Shown here: in pieces, positions 1-12,950 of the stretch
Layout: every line of letters begins with the position of its first letter
Position numbering within the stretch: position 1 is the first letter of the stretch
NCBI RefSeq assembly: GCF_006345805.1
Contig: NC_043007.1
Coordinates: forward strand, 53,258,001-53,322,000
Length of the DNA: 64,000 nucleotides
Source of the DNA: Octopus sinensis
Lineage: Eukaryota
Direction: 5' to 3'
Notes under the pieces: model-generated
Database searches by the model: none
Seen by the model: only the letters and a program-made list of their open reading frames with translations
Told to the model about the DNA's origin: nothing
Program-made: the position numbers and the translations under genes

Positions 1-95
1 AAGCCCAGTACTTAACCGCTTAGTGACGGGGACGTAAACACACCAGCATCGGTTGTCAAGCAATGCTAGGGGGACAAACACAAACACACAAACAT

Positions 96-164
<69 letters not shown>

Positions 165-311
165 TATGACAGGCTTCTCTCAGTTTCCGTCTACCAAATC
201 CACTCACAAGGCTATAGCAGAAGACACTTGCCCAAGATGCCACACAGTGGGACTGAACCCGGAACCATGTGGTTGGTAAGCAAGCTACTTACCACACAGC
301 CACTTCTGCGC
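1..311 (-). mobile_element. tRNA-derived SINE with internal (CA/TA)n microsatellite (octopus OK/OR-type); cut by window start
   Basis: Minus strand starts ggcgcagaagTGGCTGTGTGG (A box) ... GGTTCAGTCC (B box). Body sequence similar to 1-63 recurs at about 19350-19480. Confidence 0.8.
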
Positions 312-1719
312 CAGGGAGAATGATTTCATATAGTAGCAGTACATTTACCTACTATAAAACAATGTTATTTGTATTTACACAAATACATTTTAGAGTTAGT
401 CTAAAGAATACTAAGAAGAATATTTTTGAATACTTTCAGTATATATCAAAAATTTCACACAATAGAGGGACAATGGTAAGTATTGGATATCCTCGTTGCT
501 TATTTTGATTAAATATATATATGTATGTATACATCTGCACAAATGTATATATATAGATGTATATATATATAGATGTATATATATAGATGTATGTATAATC
601 AAAATAAGCAACAAGGATATCCAAGGTAGAGTAGTACAATTGTTTCATGCTTCTTCATTTTATTAAACACTGTAAGTATTACATCAGTTTTAAAATATCG
701 AGCAATCTTCATCCACATATATAATTTTCCAATTAAACGGACAATGCACATTCTTATTCCTATTTCATTTGCCAACATTATAAAGAGGGTAGATATATAG
801 ACAGAGAGATTAATTTCATTCTTAAGAACATGATAGTAGTATGTTCATTCTCTGTCTGTAGATTTTTATCATTGAGTTCACTTTGTTATTTAGATCTTTC
901 AGTGGGGAGGTTTTTTTTTAAATTCTTGGTTGAATGGAGACAAACAAGGATTTTTTCTATTTATAGATAAAAGAATGGGTAGTACAAATGTCAAAGCCAT
1001 AAACCCATCCTCATTTCGAAGAATTCAGTTTAGATATATTTGAATGTATTATAGCAAAAATTAGTAGGCTGAAGTTAGTGGTGTAGGGGGAATAGAGACT
1101 GCTAATGCTCAAGAGGTTTTTCAATGTCTCTTACCATTTAAAAGCCAAATTCTATATTAAGAATTTTAGGTAAATATCCTTTAGATAATTTTCTAAGGGA
1201 TTTCAATAAATATTAGTATCTTATATAGCGATAGGAAATATAGAAATCATTTCATATTTATATAACTATATATATATATCCATTTCTTTTAATATAGAAT
1301 CATAGTTAGCTAGTAAATGGTGATTTATTTTATTAATGAGTTGAATTAAAAGAATATGTCAGACAATATTTACTAAGTGTGGAAAAAAAAAACTTAGCAC
1401 ATATATCAGGAGTCAATAAGATATATTAAAAAGTAATGGAAGGGAGGTAATCAAGATGAACCAAGTAATTTCCCTAGATCTACAGATTTTTTTTGCAATC
1501 CCATATAGGAGAGTATCAAAAAAATTCTAATTTCATTAAATTCAAATTTATTTATATAATGAAATTTCTTACTAATCTATGCAGGTTAAATAAAAGCTAG
1601 TATGGTATATTAATTCCTTATTTGGTTACAAAATATTAAGATTTTAAAATTTAGGAATGGTCAGAATGTTATTATTTAAAATACTTAAATGTACGGGTTG
1701 CACAATGTATACAGGATGC

Positions 1720-2322
1720 TCACAGTTCGGAATGGTTATTCAATAAGTTTGTATTATTCCTATGTTTTAAAATTTCATATGTCTCCATAGAACAAAGTTT
1801 ACATCCATCCCTACTATTTTTATAAGGCTGTGCCTTTCTTATTATATCCCATTTTAGGTTAAATTCGATATTTTTTTCTTTCAGTTCCCAAATTTTACTG
1901 GACAACATTGTGCAACCCGCCTTATGTTTAAGTCTAAAAGAAGAAAAATGATTCTTCAAACGTTTCTTTAGGTCTATTGAACATCCAAAATAAAGATAGC
2001 TATTATTTAAAGTCATTATTGTACATTTATAAATTACATTTTGAACCTGACAACGACCAGATACCAGACATTTTGATCTAATTCTACAATTACAACTGGG
2101 GGGATGATTCCTGATATTAGTACTATTTAGGAACAAGCTGTTTTCATTTTCATTACTAGAGCTATTATTAGCATTAGTGTTATTTCTCTTATCTATAATT
2201 ATATTGTTATGTAAGTTAGGGTTTTTGTTACTAATCTTTTCCTAATTTCCTCACTTTCCACATTTTTATTTTTATCATTTATATTATTGATATTAGTATA
2301 ATTATTGCTTATACTAATGTTG

Positions 2323-2387
<65 letters not shown>

Positions 2388-4590
2388 ATATCATTATTAT
2401 TATTATAATAATATCATTATTATTATTATTATTATTATTGTTGTTGTTGTTGTTACTATTTATTCCATTTCTAGCTAACTTAATATTTTTTCTATTTACT
2501 CTAGCTATTATGGTACCCATATCTTACTGATTTATTAGAAATTATTTTATAATATTTATGGGAAGCAGGGAAGTTTTTTTCAAGTATGGACATAAATTTG
2601 CCATATATGTTCGTAGAAATTGCCCAGTTTAAGGGGATATTTAACCATACAACATTTTTTCTTTTGAATTTTTTATTTGAGTAAGGGTGGGAAAGATAAA
2701 TGTTATCTATATCCTTTAGAGATTCGTTATTCTCTTTAGTTTTATATTTATATTTATTAGGTTTTCTCTGTGGGAGAGATTTTTATATTATTATTTATAT
2801 TTGTTTTATCTAGTTTAACCTTTTTATACTTATTTATGACCTGTTTACCATTTCTATTTATTGTATCAGGTTTATCTACTAAGTTACCCATTTCAGTTGA
2901 TTTATATTTTTTTTAAATAGAAGATTCTATATTATTTGAACTATTTTCATTCATTTTTTCATTTGAAAGATTTACATTATCAAGATCTAGGAAGGTGATT
3001 TCCTGGTCATATCCAGCTCCAGATAAAGCAACATTGTAATGATGTGAGTGAGAATTAAAAATTTCATTGTTAGATGGAAATTTTGAAATTCTCTTTGAAA
3101 TACCTTTCACTATTGATTTAACTATTGATAATTTGTTTACATACGAGGGACGTTCACTAAGTAATACCCCTGACCCACTTGCAGTTGTTTGATCTAGCAG
3201 AAATTTTGCATGTGCAATTATTTATATCTCTATAGATTAAGTGGCAAATTACAGCTCTGAACTAATTGTGATTTCTGTGATTTCTGATTTACAGGTGTTT
3301 GAACTGAGTCAAGTCTGAAATGAAGCCTGTTGAGTGTCGAGCAGTGATCCGGTTTTTGTATTTGAAAGGACGCACACCACGGGAGACTTTTGGTGAAATG
3401 AAAGTAACTTATGGTGATGATGCCCCATCATATGACCTTGTAAAACGCTGGCATCGTGAATTTAAACATGGTCGGAACTCTGTGGAAACAGCTCCCAGAT
3501 CTGGTCGCCCCCCCTTCTGCCATTAATGAGGCATCTGTCCGTCAAGTTGAGGCTGCCATTTTGGAAGATCGACGCATAACTATTCGCCAAATAGCCCATG
3601 AGGTCAAGATTAGTACCGAGTCTGTGGAAACTATCATTCATGACCATTTGCATATGCAAAAGGTGTCTGCCAGATGGATTCCCAGGTTGCTCACACCTTT
3701 CCAGAAGCAAGAACGCGTCGAGTGCTCGAGAATGAATTTGGAGATGTGCCAAGAAGATGAGTCAAACTTTTTCAAAAGACTGATTACACAGGATAAAACC
3801 TGGGTCCATCACTATGATCCAGAGACCAAAGCCCAGTCAATGCAGTGGAAGCACCATGACTCACCTCCTCCAAAGAAGGCAAGGGTGCAGCCCTCCGCTG
3901 GCAAGGTCATGCTCACAGTCTTCTGGGACCAGGACGGAGTAGTGATGACAGATTTCCTGGCAAAGGGTACCACAATTACAGGAGCCTATTATGCTTCACT
4001 TCTGAGGAAATTAAGAGAAGCTATCAAAATCAAGAGGCGGGGCAAGATCAGCAAAGGCATCCTCCTCCTGCAGGACAACACTCCAGTCCACAACTCGCGT
4101 GTTGCCAGATCAGAAGCACAGGCATGTGGCTATGAATTCCTCCCTGACCTTGCACCCTCTGATTTTCACCTCTTCCCAGCCATGAAGTTGTTTTTGAAAG
4201 GAAAGCGTTTCCCAGGTGATGAAGCCTTGATTTCTGAAGTCACGTCGTGGTTGAAGGACCAAGCTGGGGTCTTCTACAAAAACGGTCTCCAGAGCTGCAT
4301 CAAACGATGGGAGAAATGCGTAACTCTGGGAGGTTTCTATGTAGAAAAAGACTAATAACTGTGCCAAGTTTCGTTGCTCTACTGCTATGGGAAGTGGGTC
4401 AGGGGCATTACTTATTGAACGCCCCTCGTATCTAGTAACTTCACCATCTTTTCTATATGGGTAATATAAATTTGAGTTTTAGTCTAAGGTAACATCTAGA
4501 AAGTTAACTATATGGTGTTGCCAAAGTTGAAATCCTTGAAAAATCTATTAATTTTCTTCCTTATTCTCTCAATTATCGATTTATTATTAC
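1720..4590 (-). mobile_element. Decayed Penelope-like element (RT thumb, Asn-rich linker, CxC-x5-C-x5-C, C-terminal GIY-YIG), interrupted by a mariner
   Basis: Minus strand: VNFLDVTL...PYRKDGEVTR|YVNKLS...KRISK...YNVALSGAGY, then KRKNVVWLNIP...NFPASHKY, then ORF 1720-2136 CNCRIRSKCLVSGRC...VIYK...YFGC...H...CKLC. Clade possibly Nematis-like (uncertain). Confidence 0.85.
3144..4428 (+). mobile_element. Full-length mariner (DD34D, irritans/Himar1-like), 1285 bp, transposase pseudogene
   Basis: 36-bp TIRs at 3144-3179 and 4393-4428 (3 mismatches); TA TSD at 3142-3143 and 4429-4430. Transposase 3320-4355 has HTH, GRP, WIPRLL, TQDKTW, QDNTP and PDLAPSD motifs, a frameshift at the C-run near 3510, and a 6-aa deletion of PHPPYS. 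Confidence 0.97.
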
Positions 4591-4624
4591 TAGAGACGAT
4601 AAATATATATATATATATATATAT

Positions 4625-4800
4625 AACGGGAAGCTTTATGAAAATAAACAAAAGACGAAGGCAGGTGGAAAACAAACGAACAATTGTATTAGTATGGCGC
4701 TCAGGAAATATAAATAAAACAAGTCTTTAACGTTTCGAGCCTACGCTCTTCAACAGAAAGATACACAGAGAGAGAAAAACACAGAAAGAAGGAGAGAAAA
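4625..4800 (-). mobile_element. Short non-autonomous PLE-type terminal repeat next to (TA)n, carrying a hammerhead-like motif
   Basis: Abuts (TA)n on both sides and contains the hammerhead fold at 4724-4761. A similarly organised end (aagacaaagacaggtg...gtattagtt) lies at about 10070-10135. Confidence 0.5.
4724..4761 (-). ncRNA. Minimal type-I hammerhead ribozyme, variant core CUGUUGA
   Basis: Minus strand UCUUU-CUGUUGA-A-GAGC-GUAG-GCUC-GAA-ACGU-U-AAAGA: perfect 5-bp stem I, 4-bp stem II and palindromic ACGU stem III. Confidence 0.6.
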
Positions 4801-5229
4801 AAAAAATGCGTGCAGTAGCTAACGAATCAATATATATATATGTATATATATGTATATATATGTATATATATATGTATATATATGTATATATATATATGTA
4901 TATATACATGTATATATATGTATATATATATATGTATATATACATGTATATATATGTACAGTCATCGGAAGTAACTTGCAGGGACACCGGAAATACATCT
5001 GCCAGCAGCAGAGAAAACAAAGCAACTACCCCCAGCGACTTGCCTGACCTTTCATTGGACAAAAGCTACCTATCTGCCATTCTATTGGACACTGGCTAAA
5101 CATCACTGCTGATATTTTTGTATAAATAGACATCATAAATCGCTGTAAGGCAGTTGGTCTTTTGGCTTTTTGCCTTGTTAAAATCCACGTAAGTCTTTGT
5201 CGGTCTGTTTCTTGAATATTGTTGTATGA

Positions 5230-8200
5230 ATTTGTGTTGAATTCTTGTTAAAAAATTGTTTTGTTAAAAAGTGTTATTTTGAACTGTTATTGGTTTTGAA
5301 CCAGAAAAACATTGTTATTCCCCTCCGTAAGGAGGGGAAGTGCTGTGCGTTGTGGCACAACAAAACACACACCCAAAAAAAATCCCCACAATTCTTTAAA
5401 AAAACGAACAAAGAAAACATTTTTTCATCTGAAAAAATGTCTGGAAAAAAAATGTCTGACGAAGGTTCGCCTTCAAAAGAAACTGTAGTAGGTTCGCCTA
5501 CATCAAAAATTGCCAAAAATACGTCTGAAATAGATGCAACCAAATTGAAAGTTGTTGAAGATTCGCCTTCTGATAAAGCTGTAATAACAGATAAAGTTGT
5601 TGAAGGTTCGCCTTCTGATGAAGCTGTGAAAGCAGCCAAAGTGATTGAAGGTTCGCCTTCCAAAGGAAAACAAAATGATAAGACTATAACATACAATTTC
5701 GCAGCCGCTGCAGGAAGGAAAACGGAAGAAATTAAGATGGAAGAGATAGACTACGAGAATTATAAAACCATGTTCACAAGGGAGGGGAACAATGTAAAAG
5801 CAGCCCTCCCACTAGTAATTAGAGAGGAAACTCTAAAAAGAATTATAATTTACAAGTCATATATAATAAAAGAAAAAAAGATCGAGAAGGTGTCAAAGGA
5901 ACAAGCGGAGAAGTGCCTTCAACCAGTATGGAACGACGTGGATTATGTGACGTGGGGGAAGAAGTACGCCACTATAGAGGTGTACTTTAGAGACGAGGAA
6001 ATGGCGAAAAAGCATTCCTTAACCCCAATCAAAATGAACGAGATAATTCTTCTACCCTCCTATTTGGGGAGAAGAACATCAAAAATAAGGATCGAAGACA
6101 TACCCCCAGAAATTGAGGTGAAGTGGTTGCTTCCAGCCTTATTAATGGGGCTGGAGAGAAAAATAAGAGTGGTAAATATCACAAAGATAAAAAAAGAAAA
6201 TTGGAGAGGCCAGACACTACATATAATAATACAGGCAGCCCCAGAAACGCTGGAGGAGGTCCCAGAGAGCATCCAATTCGGCGAGGAAATTAACTTGCGG
6301 GTGGTGGTGGAGGGGCGAAAGCCTCGATGCTAAAAATGACACATCCGTATGGAATGCCCCACCCGCAAGAAAGAAGAAGAAAAAAGAAGGGCAGAAGAAG
6401 TGGAGAAGAAGAGTAAAAAGATGGAGGAAGAAAAACCAAAGGAAGATGAAAATGTCTTCACGTTGGTGAGGCAAAAGAAAACACCTAAGAGAAAAAATGT
6501 TGACACAAACCCACCCATCCCATGTACAAATAAAAAGAAATCAAACACACAGGGGGGAAATCTACCCCACCCAACCACGGTTTCCCACAAAAAGAGAAAA
6601 AAGAGAAGAACCCCCCAGATCAACCCGAACCACCCCCACCCCCCAGTGCCGATCAATTCCCTCCCCTCCCAAACTCCTCCCCGTGTTCCTCCCCATCATA
6701 CTCCCCGCTGTCCTCCCCATCACCCCCACAAAGCCCCCAAAAAATTGAATTCGAGACAGTATTTGTCTCCATAAATACAGAAAACGATAGACTAAAAAAC
6801 CAAATAGATAAAATCCCAACGGCAAACAAAATTCAGACACAGGGTACTCCCCAAAAACGTTAAGGTGTACAAAATCGACAGGATGAACTTTAATATAATA
6901 AGAGGGGGACATTAATGGTCCGCGACTCGACCTGCACGAGTCATTATTTAAAGCGGACTTCCCCCCACGACCACCAGAGAAAAAAAACTGAAAAGGTAAG
7001 TAATGTCTCGTATTTATGTAAGGTGTATAAATGTGCATGGCCTGATGTCGAACTGGAAGCAAGGGCGCCTCCTAAATGACATCAGGTCATGAGATTTAGA
7101 TGTTGTTGTTGCCACAGAAACCCGGTTAAAGGGGCCAAGAGATCTGCTCCCGCTGTTCGACGGTTACGAGAGAATTATCTCTCCGAACCCGTCGGCCGGC
7201 GGAAGCGGGGTGTTGGTCCTGGGTAAAAAGAACCGGGTTTCTGAGGAAAAGTTGATTTTTTCAGATCCAGAAGGTAGGCTGGTCGTCGTTGATTTGATGT
7301 TCAGTAGTCGTAAGTTAAACAGGCTGGTTGCGGTTTACGCACCCAACCATAAGGGGCAAAGTGATTATTTTCAGAACCTTGAGAAGTTTCTGAGTACATC
7401 GCACCCTTTAGTAATTTTAGGAGACTTCAACACAATCTGCGATGTGCGGGTAGACTGTGAAGGCTCGCGTACAGATAGGAAAGGAAATGCTTGCTTCCAG
7501 GATCTACTAAGACGTTTTGAGCTGGTAGATCCATATAGACTGGAACATCCGAACGCTCCATTGTGGACATGGTCAAGCAGCGACGGATCTTCCAAGTCAT
7601 ACATAGACAGGATACTAATTAGAAAAGTAGATAGAAAACTAGATAAGAGTCCACAGCTCCACATGGTCAGCTACAGTGACCACAAGATGGTCACCTGTAG
7701 GCTAGACATAGATAAGACGAATAGAGGTCCTGGTTACTGGAAACTTAATACGTCCCTCTTGGTGATTAAGGAGTACAGTGACAGGATTAGGTTAATGATT
7801 CAGAGGGCCATGACCGGATCCATTATTAACAACAAATGATGGTATGCCCTCAAGCGAGTCTATTAGGTATAGTATAGATCTGGTAGCTAGAGAGGCTAGA
7901 AAGGAATCAACACTAGTTAAAGACTTAGAGGAAGCAATGCGAACTGGCACTGCGGCTCAGGTGAAGGTCAAGAGACTGGTTTTAAATCAGCACCTCGAAG
8001 CCAAACACATAGGTTGCATTGTCAGGGCTAGACAACGTGCAATGGGGAGCGAAGGAATCAAGGCCGCAGGATGGGCCCGAGTGGTGGAAACCCAACGTGG
8101 CAACGATGCTATAATTCGATCTCTGACGAACCAACAGGGTAAGTTGATAGATGAGCCCGAGGAAATGTGTCAAGCTTTTCAGGACCACTTCGCCCAGCTC

Positions 8201-10070
8201 TTTGGGGGGAGCGGCGGACCGGATAGGAGGAGGGACCTAACGGACCTCCTCGACGGGCTGCTGCGCCTCTCGGAGCGGGACGCGAAGTGTAGTGAGGAGC
8301 CGATCACACCTGAGGAGGTAATAGAGGCAATGGTTGACTGCGGTGCGGGTAAGGCGCCGGGACTGGATGGTCTGCCCTACGAGCTTTACAAGAGTATGCC
8401 GGACTTGTTCGGGGACTTACTGGTGAACGTCTACGCAAACTGGCAACAGAATGGTTTTATTCCCAGATCTGTGCGCCGGGGAGTGGTGACACTAGTCAGG
8501 AAGGACCCGAACAAGGGGGATGTCATTGATAATTTTAGGCCCATCACTCTGCTTAACGCAGAGCTGAAGATTTTGGCCAAAGTGTTATCGAACAGATTGG
8601 CGCGTGTCGCAAATGGACTGATTGGGAAGGCACAAACGTGTGCCGTACCGGGCAGGTCCATTCAGGATAATCTCCATCTCATTAGATACACTATAGAGGG
8701 AATTAATAACGATCCCGGCAAGGGAGGGGCAGTGGTCCATTTAGCCCAACCAAAAGCTTTCGATAGGGTCGACCATCATTACCTGGTGTCCGTTCTGGCT
8801 CAGTTCGGCCTGGGTCTTGGCTTCCTCAGGTGGATCATTGAAATGTACGACAACGTCGACTCAGTAGTTCGGGTGAACGGCTTTCTTTCTAAGCCGTTCA
8901 GAGTCAAACACTCGGTTCGTCAGGGATGCCCACTCTCCCCGCTTTTGTATGTAGTGGCTCTTGAGCCACTGCTGCGAAAACTGAGTGGCATCCCGAGGCA
9001 GCCAGGTCGTGAAATGTCGGTTTCGGCGTACGTGGATGACATCACTATCATCGTGACCGAAGTGGACCTCCTACGTAAAGTAGGCAAGGCCATAGAGGTT
9101 TACGAGACGGTGACAGGAGCAAAAGTTAATCATGAAAAGTCGGTCGGCTTGAAACTCGGCACCTGGAGAGGCAAGTCAATACCTCCAGACAGCGTCGTGG
9201 GATGTTGGACGGAGGGCCCGATTAAGTTGCTCGGGGTTTGGTTTGGACCAGACCTCCAAATAGAGAAGAACTGGAGCGAGGTATCGAGCAGGGTGGCTGC
9301 AGTAGCCAAGACCTGGTCTTGGCGGTGGTTATCCCTGAAAAGTAGGACGGAGGTAGCCAATGTGTTTATCGCATCGGTGATCACCTACTGCCTTGCCGTC
9401 GTGCCTTGACGGATTCGTGGTTGACTAAGCTGGAAAGACAGCTCTTTCACTTCTTGTGGAAGGGCTCGAAACCACTTGTGAGACGCTCTATTTGTTGTCA
9501 AAAACCGTTAAAGGGTGGACTAGGGATGCCGTGGCTAATGATGCGCAGAAATGCGCTGAGGTTAAGGCATCGGTGGCTCCATCTGGATGGTGAACGGGTG
9601 TGGTCTCCGCTGGCGAAACAGATGTTTCCCAAGTTCACCAGTTTCGGTGGACGGGAAGCCTGGTATAATCGCAGATCGAAGTTGGGTTCATGGTATACGG
9701 AGTGTCGCAAGGCACTCCGACTATTCCGTTGCTCGGGCAATGCCTGCGGCAGTGGTTCTACCACTGTTTTCTATAGAGGGTTTGTAGAGGCCGGTAGCGA
9801 TGATACACTAGGGGAAACCCTAGGTTTCGACGATAATCAGCTGGCCAGTCTGTTCCAACGTACATTCGGGCCGAGGACCCTGGATAATTTTCAGAAGTCC
9901 TTGGCTTGGCAGTGTTACCGAGGAGCCTTACCTGTTCGGGACAAACTCGCAAGGCATGGTGGCCAAGTCAGCCCGACCTGTCCGAGGTGTGGGCGGGACA
10001 GGGAAACCGTCTTGCACGCGATCGTACAGTGTTCGGAGGTGGCAGATATGGGGTTTTTTGCCGAACAACT
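5230..10070 (+). mobile_element. Tx1/L1-clade LINE, near full length, 3' end truncated, decayed
   Basis: ORF1 5437-6774 is Lys/Glu-rich with a broken CCHC knuckle (GRKPRC*K*HIRMECP). ORF2 from 7003 has an AP endonuclease (ILGDFN, SYIDRIL, YSDH), RT (KAPGLDG, FRPITLLN, KAFDRVDH, QGCPLSP, YVDD) and a C-terminal CPRC...H...C. Stops at 7090 and 7837, plus frameshifts. Confidence 0.95.
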
Positions 10071-10192
10071 GAGCATTAAACTAATACATCTACTTGCTGT
10101 TCTTTCACCTGTCTTTGTCTTTTGCTTTCTGTAAATTTAAAGTGTATATATATGTGTGTGTGTGTATATGTATGTATATATATGTGTGTGTG

Positions 10193-10252
<60 letters not shown>

Positions 10253-10265
10253 CACATACATGTAT

Positions 10266-10336
<71 letters not shown>

Positions 10337-10349
10337 TACATGTATTTTG

Positions 10350-10720
10350 TTCTTTATGTTTTTCAGCCCAAAGGCTGTGGCCATGCTGGACTGCCACCAG
10401 TGTTATCACATTTTCAGTGGCCATGCTTATATAATTGGCTTTTGGTGGAGGGAGTTCAACAGTGATGCCTTCTTTTGAATTTCTTGTCAGAACGTAGCTT
10501 CATTTAGGACAGTAGGCGTGCAAGTTCTTTCTTGAAAACATCTAACCATATTCCATGTAGATCCATCAAATGTTTTGCCAAGGTATTAAACAGCTGTGGG
10601 CCTTTGAAGCCCAAGCTATTTCAATGTATGGTCCTCACTCTAGATGGATTAGCTGGCACTTTTGGAACGGTGCAGAGACATTCAGTTTGAGGGTTTTGAG
10701 GGTGATGATTTAGATACAAA
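10350..10720 (-). mobile_element. CR1-type LINE 3' fragment
   Basis: Minus strand reads GFKGPQLFNTL...DLH...DVFK and has the same tail (gccccagcatggcc...ctgaaa) as the CR1 at 36540-38440. Confidence 0.7.
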
Positions 10721-12653
10721 TAATTAGAGAGGCATCAAGTTGTTGGATCAGGTAATGAAAGTAATGGAGAGGGTCATAGCCCAACTAATTAGGGAGAGAG
10801 TCAGTTTAGATGAGATGCAGTTTGGGTTCATGCCAGGGAAAAGCACCACTGATACTATATTTCTGGTGAGACAGTTGCAGGAGAAATACCTAGCTAAAGA
10901 TAAACCTCTGTACCTGGCTTTCGTTGACATGGAGAAAGCCTTTGACAGGGTCCCCCGATCCCTTATCTGGTGGTCAATGAGGAAACTATGGATAGATGAA
11001 TAGTTAGAGAGAGCTGTACAAGCTATGTACAGGGATGCTGTCAGTAAGGTGATGGTTGGCAACAAGTACAGTGAAGAATTCCAGGTAGAGATAGGGGTCT
11101 GCCAAGGATCAGTCCTCAGCCCCCTCTTATACATCATAGTCCTCCAAGCATTAATGGGAATTCAAGACAGGAAGCCCCTGGGAGCTTCTCTATGCTGATG
11201 ACCTTGCTCTAATAGCTGAGTCAGTATCAGAACTAGAAGAGAAGTTTCAGGTGTGGAAGCAAGGTCTAGAATCGAAGGGCTTTAGAATCAACCTAGCAAA
11301 AACCACAAATCCCTTCAGGTAGATGGCCCTGCTCGATCTGTAGAAAAGGTGTAGGTAGAAACTCCATAAGATGTACCCAGTGTAAGCTGTGGATACATAA
11401 GAGGTGCAGCAATATCAAAGGAAGGCTAACTGGGAAGATAGTTTTGTGTGTGGCAAATGTTCAGGAGTAATAAACACTGAAAATGTGCTGAGAACAGCTT
11501 CCATCAAATTCCAGGGGTAAAAACTAGAAGTATTTGATAGCTTCCGCTACCTAGGTGACTAAGTCAGTAGCGGGGGTGGATGTTCTGAAAGTGTAGCTAC
11601 TAGAATACGAATAGCTTGAGCAAAGTTCAGAGAGCTCCTATCTCTGCTGGTGAGAAAGGGCCTCTTGCTCAGAGTAAATGGTAGACTGCATGATGCATGT
11701 GTGCAAACAGCCATGCTCCGTTCACAAGGAATGAAGCCAGTATGCTCTGCTGGATGTATAATGTCAGTATGCATGCACGACAGAGTTTAAGCGTGCTGAA
11801 AGAAAAATTGGACATAAGAAGCATCAGATGTGGTGTGAAAGAGAGATGACTGTGCTGGTATAGTCATGTGTTGTGAATGGATGAGGACAGGTGTGTGAAA
11901 AAGAGTTGCATCCAAGCAGTTGAAGGAACCTGTCAAAGCGGTAGAACCTGAAAGACCTTGGATGAAGTGGTGAAGCACGATCTTTGAACATTGGGCCTCA
12001 CCGAGGCAATGACGAGTGACCAAGACCATTGGAGATATGCTGTGTTTGAGAAGATCCGGCAAGCCAGGTGAGACCATAACTGAGGCTTATGCCAGTGCTG
12101 CGTAACCAGCCCATTTAAAAGTACCCTTCAATCATTGGGCAATAAACTATGCTTGTGAAGACCTGTTGAGGCAAGTGAAATGGTTGTCATGACCGGTAAC
12201 AGTACCGCTGATTGGCACCCATGCCAGTGGAATGTTAAAAGTACCATTTGAGCATGACTGCTGCCAGGGCTGCTGACTGGCTCCTGTGCCGGTGGCATGT
12301 AAAAAGCACCATTCATGCATGATCGTTGCCAGCATCGCCTGATTGGCTCCGGTGCTGGTGGCACATAAAAAACACCATTTGAGCATGGTCGTTGCCAGTG
12401 CTGACAGACTGGCTCCTGTGCAGGTGGCATGTAAAAAGCACCATTTGAGTATGGTCAATGCCAGTACTGCCAGTGGCACGTAAAAGCACCCACTACACTC
12501 TCAGAGTGGTTGGTGTTAGGAAGGGTATCCAGCTGTAGAAACTTTGCCAGATCAGATTGGAGTCTGGTGCAGCCTTCTGGCTTGCCAGCCCTCAGTCAAA
12601 CTGTCCAACCCATGCTAGCATGGAAAGCGGACGTTAAACGACAACGATGATAA
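10721..12653 (+). mobile_element. RTE-clade LINE (family A), 5'-truncated, decayed
   Basis: RGIKLLDQVMKV...QFGFMPGKSTTD...KAFDRVP...LYADD, a 3' UTR repeat array, and tail ...ccaacccatgctagcatggaaagcggacgttaaacga(c/t)gatga. Confidence 0.92.
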
Positions 12654-12799
12654 TATATAGAGAGGTGGAGGAATTAAATTAAGTATGTCATCAAGAGTAA
12701 TGTCTCTTGAACCAACAAAACAACTAAGTTATGCAATAGTTTGTATTGTTTATCCAGGAAAAAGGGCTTTTTCTGCCCCCAGAGGCCCCATTACTTATT

Positions 12800-12950
12800 A
12801 TGTGAAAAATTTTAAGAGTCTAAAACCACAAGTTTGGGGAAAATTAGTTCCAAACTTCAGAATTTATGCGGGTTTTCACACGCAGACATCCGCGCGCGTG
12901 CGCGCTGCACACACACACACATCCTCAGCTTTATATAGTCACGATAGACA
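12800..12950 (+). mobile_element. Helitron-like non-autonomous element, 3' end
   Basis: (CA)n followed by ...cagctttatatagtcacgatagac, paralleling the (CA)n...ttttatatatacagat end at 59366. Confidence 0.35.

Noticed and set aside
1720-2136. Naiad-type (selenoprotein-encoding) PLE, suggested by the CxC motif
   Set aside because: The endonuclease is C-terminal to the RT here, whereas Naiads have it N-terminal; no UGA at Cys positions in this ORF.
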